A stretch of DNA of 47,555 nt from an uncultured Bacillota bacterium (lineage in GTDB: Bacteria; Bacillota; Clostridia; Peptostreptococcales; Anaerovoracaceae). The position numbers and the translations under genes are program-made. The stretch is taken from NCBI GenBank assembly GCA_946546075.1, contig CAMNNV010000001.1, positions 1-47,555 on the forward strand, read 5' to 3'. Positions 46,006 through 47,555 of the stretch are shown one piece after another; positions within the stretch are counted from its first letter, which is position 1; the number at the start of each line of letters is the position of its first letter. The notes beneath the pieces were generated by a model. The model ran no database searches and was not told the origin of the DNA. It worked only from the letters and a program-made list of their open reading frames with translations.

Positions 46006-46860
46006 ATGGAAGTTAAAAAATTATACGTAATCGGTTCCGGTACTATGGGTTCCGGTATCGCTCAGACAGCTGCAACACACGGTATCCAGGTAATCATGAA
46101 CGATATCAGCGAAGAATTCGTTCAGAGAGGATATGCCAAGATCCAGAAGAGCCTCGAAAAGGCTGTAACAAAGGGCAGAATGACAGAAGAAGAAAAGGAT
46201 GCTGCACTGGCAAACCTGACTACTTCAGTTGACCTTCAGGATGCTGCAGATGTGGATATGGTTATCGAAGCTGCATCAGAAAACAAAGAGATCAAACTGG
46301 GGATCTTCAAGAGACTTGATGAGATCTGCAAGCCGGAAGCAATCCTGGCTTCAAACACTTCATCACTTCCTATCACAGAGATCGCTGCAGCTACAGGAAG
46401 ACCTGATCAGGTAATCGGAACTCACTTCTTTAACCCGGTTCCTGCCATGAAGCTTCTCGAGATCGTTATGGGTCTTGCTACTTCAGAGGAAACATATCAG
46501 GTTGCACTGGCACTGGGTGAAAAGCTGGAAAAGGTTCCTGTAAAGGCTGTTGATAAGGGCGGATTCATCGTAAACAGACTGATCGACCCATTCATCAACG
46601 AAGCTGTATTCATGCTGGAAGAGGGTGTTGGTACTGCTGAAGATATCGATAACGGATGCAAATACGGTCTGAACCATCCAATGGGACCTCTCGAACTGGG
46701 AGATATGATCGGTTGGGACGTAATGCTGGCAGTAATGGACGTTCTTACTTACGAGTATGGTGATCCTAAGTACAGACCTGCTCCGCTCATGAGAAGAATG
46801 GTAAGAGCTGGCCATCTCGGAAGAAAGACAGGCAAGGGAATCTACGATTATACCAAATAA
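46006..46860 (+). CDS. hbd: 3-hydroxybutyryl-CoA (3-hydroxyacyl-CoA) dehydrogenase
   Basis: [49 protein letters not shown]; GGAGG SD before ATG 46006. Confidence 0.92.
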   Translation: MEVKKLYVIGSGTMGSGIAQTAATHGIQVIMNDISEEFVQRGYAKIQKSLEKAVTKGRMTEEEKDAALANLTTSVDLQDAADVDMVIEAASENKEIKLGIFKRLDEICKPEAILASNTSSLPITEIAAATGRPDQVIGTHFFNPVPAMKLLEIVMGLATSEETYQVALALGEKLEKVPVKAVDKGGFIVNRLIDPFINEAVFMLEEGVGTAEDIDNGCKYGLNHPMGPLELGDMIGWDVMLAVMDVLTYEYGDPKYRPAPLMRRMVRAGHLGRKTGKGIYDYTK

Positions 46861-46872
46861 ATGAGGTGTGAA

Positions 46873-47555
46873 ATGGAATATAAGAACATTATTTTCGAGA
46901 AGAAAGACGGCATCGGATACGTTACAATGAACAGACCTAAGGCTCTGAACGCACTGAACACAGAAGTGCTGACTGAGCTGGATGACGTTTTCAGATCAAT
47001 CGATAAGGACGATGAGGTCAAGGTAGCTATCGTTACAGGTGCAGGAAGATCATTCATCGCAGGAGCTGACATCGCGCAGATGGCAGGTCTTAACGGTACA
47101 GAAGGAAGAGACATGACAATACAGGGTCAGCTTGTGATGGAACTCATCGAGACGATCAACAAGCCTGTAATTGCAGCAGTAAACGGATTCGCTCTCGGTG
47201 GCGGAAACGAACTGTCCATGGCATGTGATATCAGAATCGCATCCGATAAGGCTAAGTTCGGACAGCCGGAAGTAAACCTGGGGATCATCCCTGGTTACGG
47301 CGGAACACAGAGACTGCCAAGACTGGTAGGAAAAGGCATGGCAAAGAAGCTCATCTTCAGTGCAGAGATGATCAGCGCAGAGGAAGCTTACAGAATCGGC
47401 CTTGTTGACCAGGTAGTACCTGCAGACGAGCTTATGGAAGCAGCAGAAACACTTGCAAAGACGATCATGTCAAAGGCACCTATAGCCATCAAGATGGCAA
47501 AGGTAGCAATCAACAACGGATCACAGTGTGACCTCAAGACAGGCGTACAGTTCGA
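46873..47555 (+). CDS. crt: Enoyl-CoA hydratase (crotonase), 3'-truncated by the window
   Basis: Translated by eye from ATG 46873 (GAGGTG SD): MEYKNIIFEKKDGIGYVTMNRPKALNALN..FIAGADI..AVNGFALGGGNELSMACDIRIAS..FGQPEV.LGIIPGYGGTQRL. It is absent from the ORF track because there is no stop in the window. Confidence 0.9.
   Translation, partial: MEYKNIIFEKKDGIGYVTMNRPKALNALNTEVLTELDDVFRSIDKDDEVKVAIVTGAGRSFIAGADIAQMAGLNGTEGRDMTIQGQLVMELIETINKPVIAAVNGFALGGGNELSMACDIRIASDKAKFGQPEVNLGIIPGYGGTQRLPRLVGKGMAKKLIFSAEMISAEEAYRIGLVDQVVPADELMEAAETLAKTIMSKAPIAIKMAKVAINNGSQCDLKTGVQF

Overview
A gene-dense chromosomal window of about 41 CDS from an anaerobic Bacillota (Clostridia-type) bacterium. The taxon is inferred from gene content, Shine-Dalgarno sites, sigma-A promoters and frequent AGA Arg codons, and cannot be fixed more precisely from sequence alone. 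Most of it is housekeeping: argH, argG, murB, rapZ, whiA, rlmD, asnS, an EF-G paralogue, radA, a PIN/TRAM gene, fused ispDF, proS, pcrA and ligA. I found no rRNA, tRNA, CRISPR array, integrase or transposase. Six things stand out. (1) A two-gene operon whose products are apparent dead-enzyme homologues: a cysteine-free MoaA-like fragment and a Fic-fold protein lacking both its catalytic and inhibitory motifs. (2) A protease-less Lon-type AAA+ ATPase with a Walker B D-to-N change, lying in opposite orientation between argG and argH. (3) A ~195-nt rod-like imperfect palindrome filling the gap after that ATPase gene. (4) A sigma-54-driven operon (family III CoA-transferase, SDR, AbfD-like dehydratase, thiolase, Hbd, Crt) that does not match the canonical 4-hydroxybutyrate gene set and may degrade a 4-oxo/4-hydroxy acid. 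(5) Two tandem secreted NlpC/P60-like proteins with Cys/His repeats. (6) An MFS gene whose apparent true start codon is ATA. All protein calls come from motifs read by eye; no database search was run.
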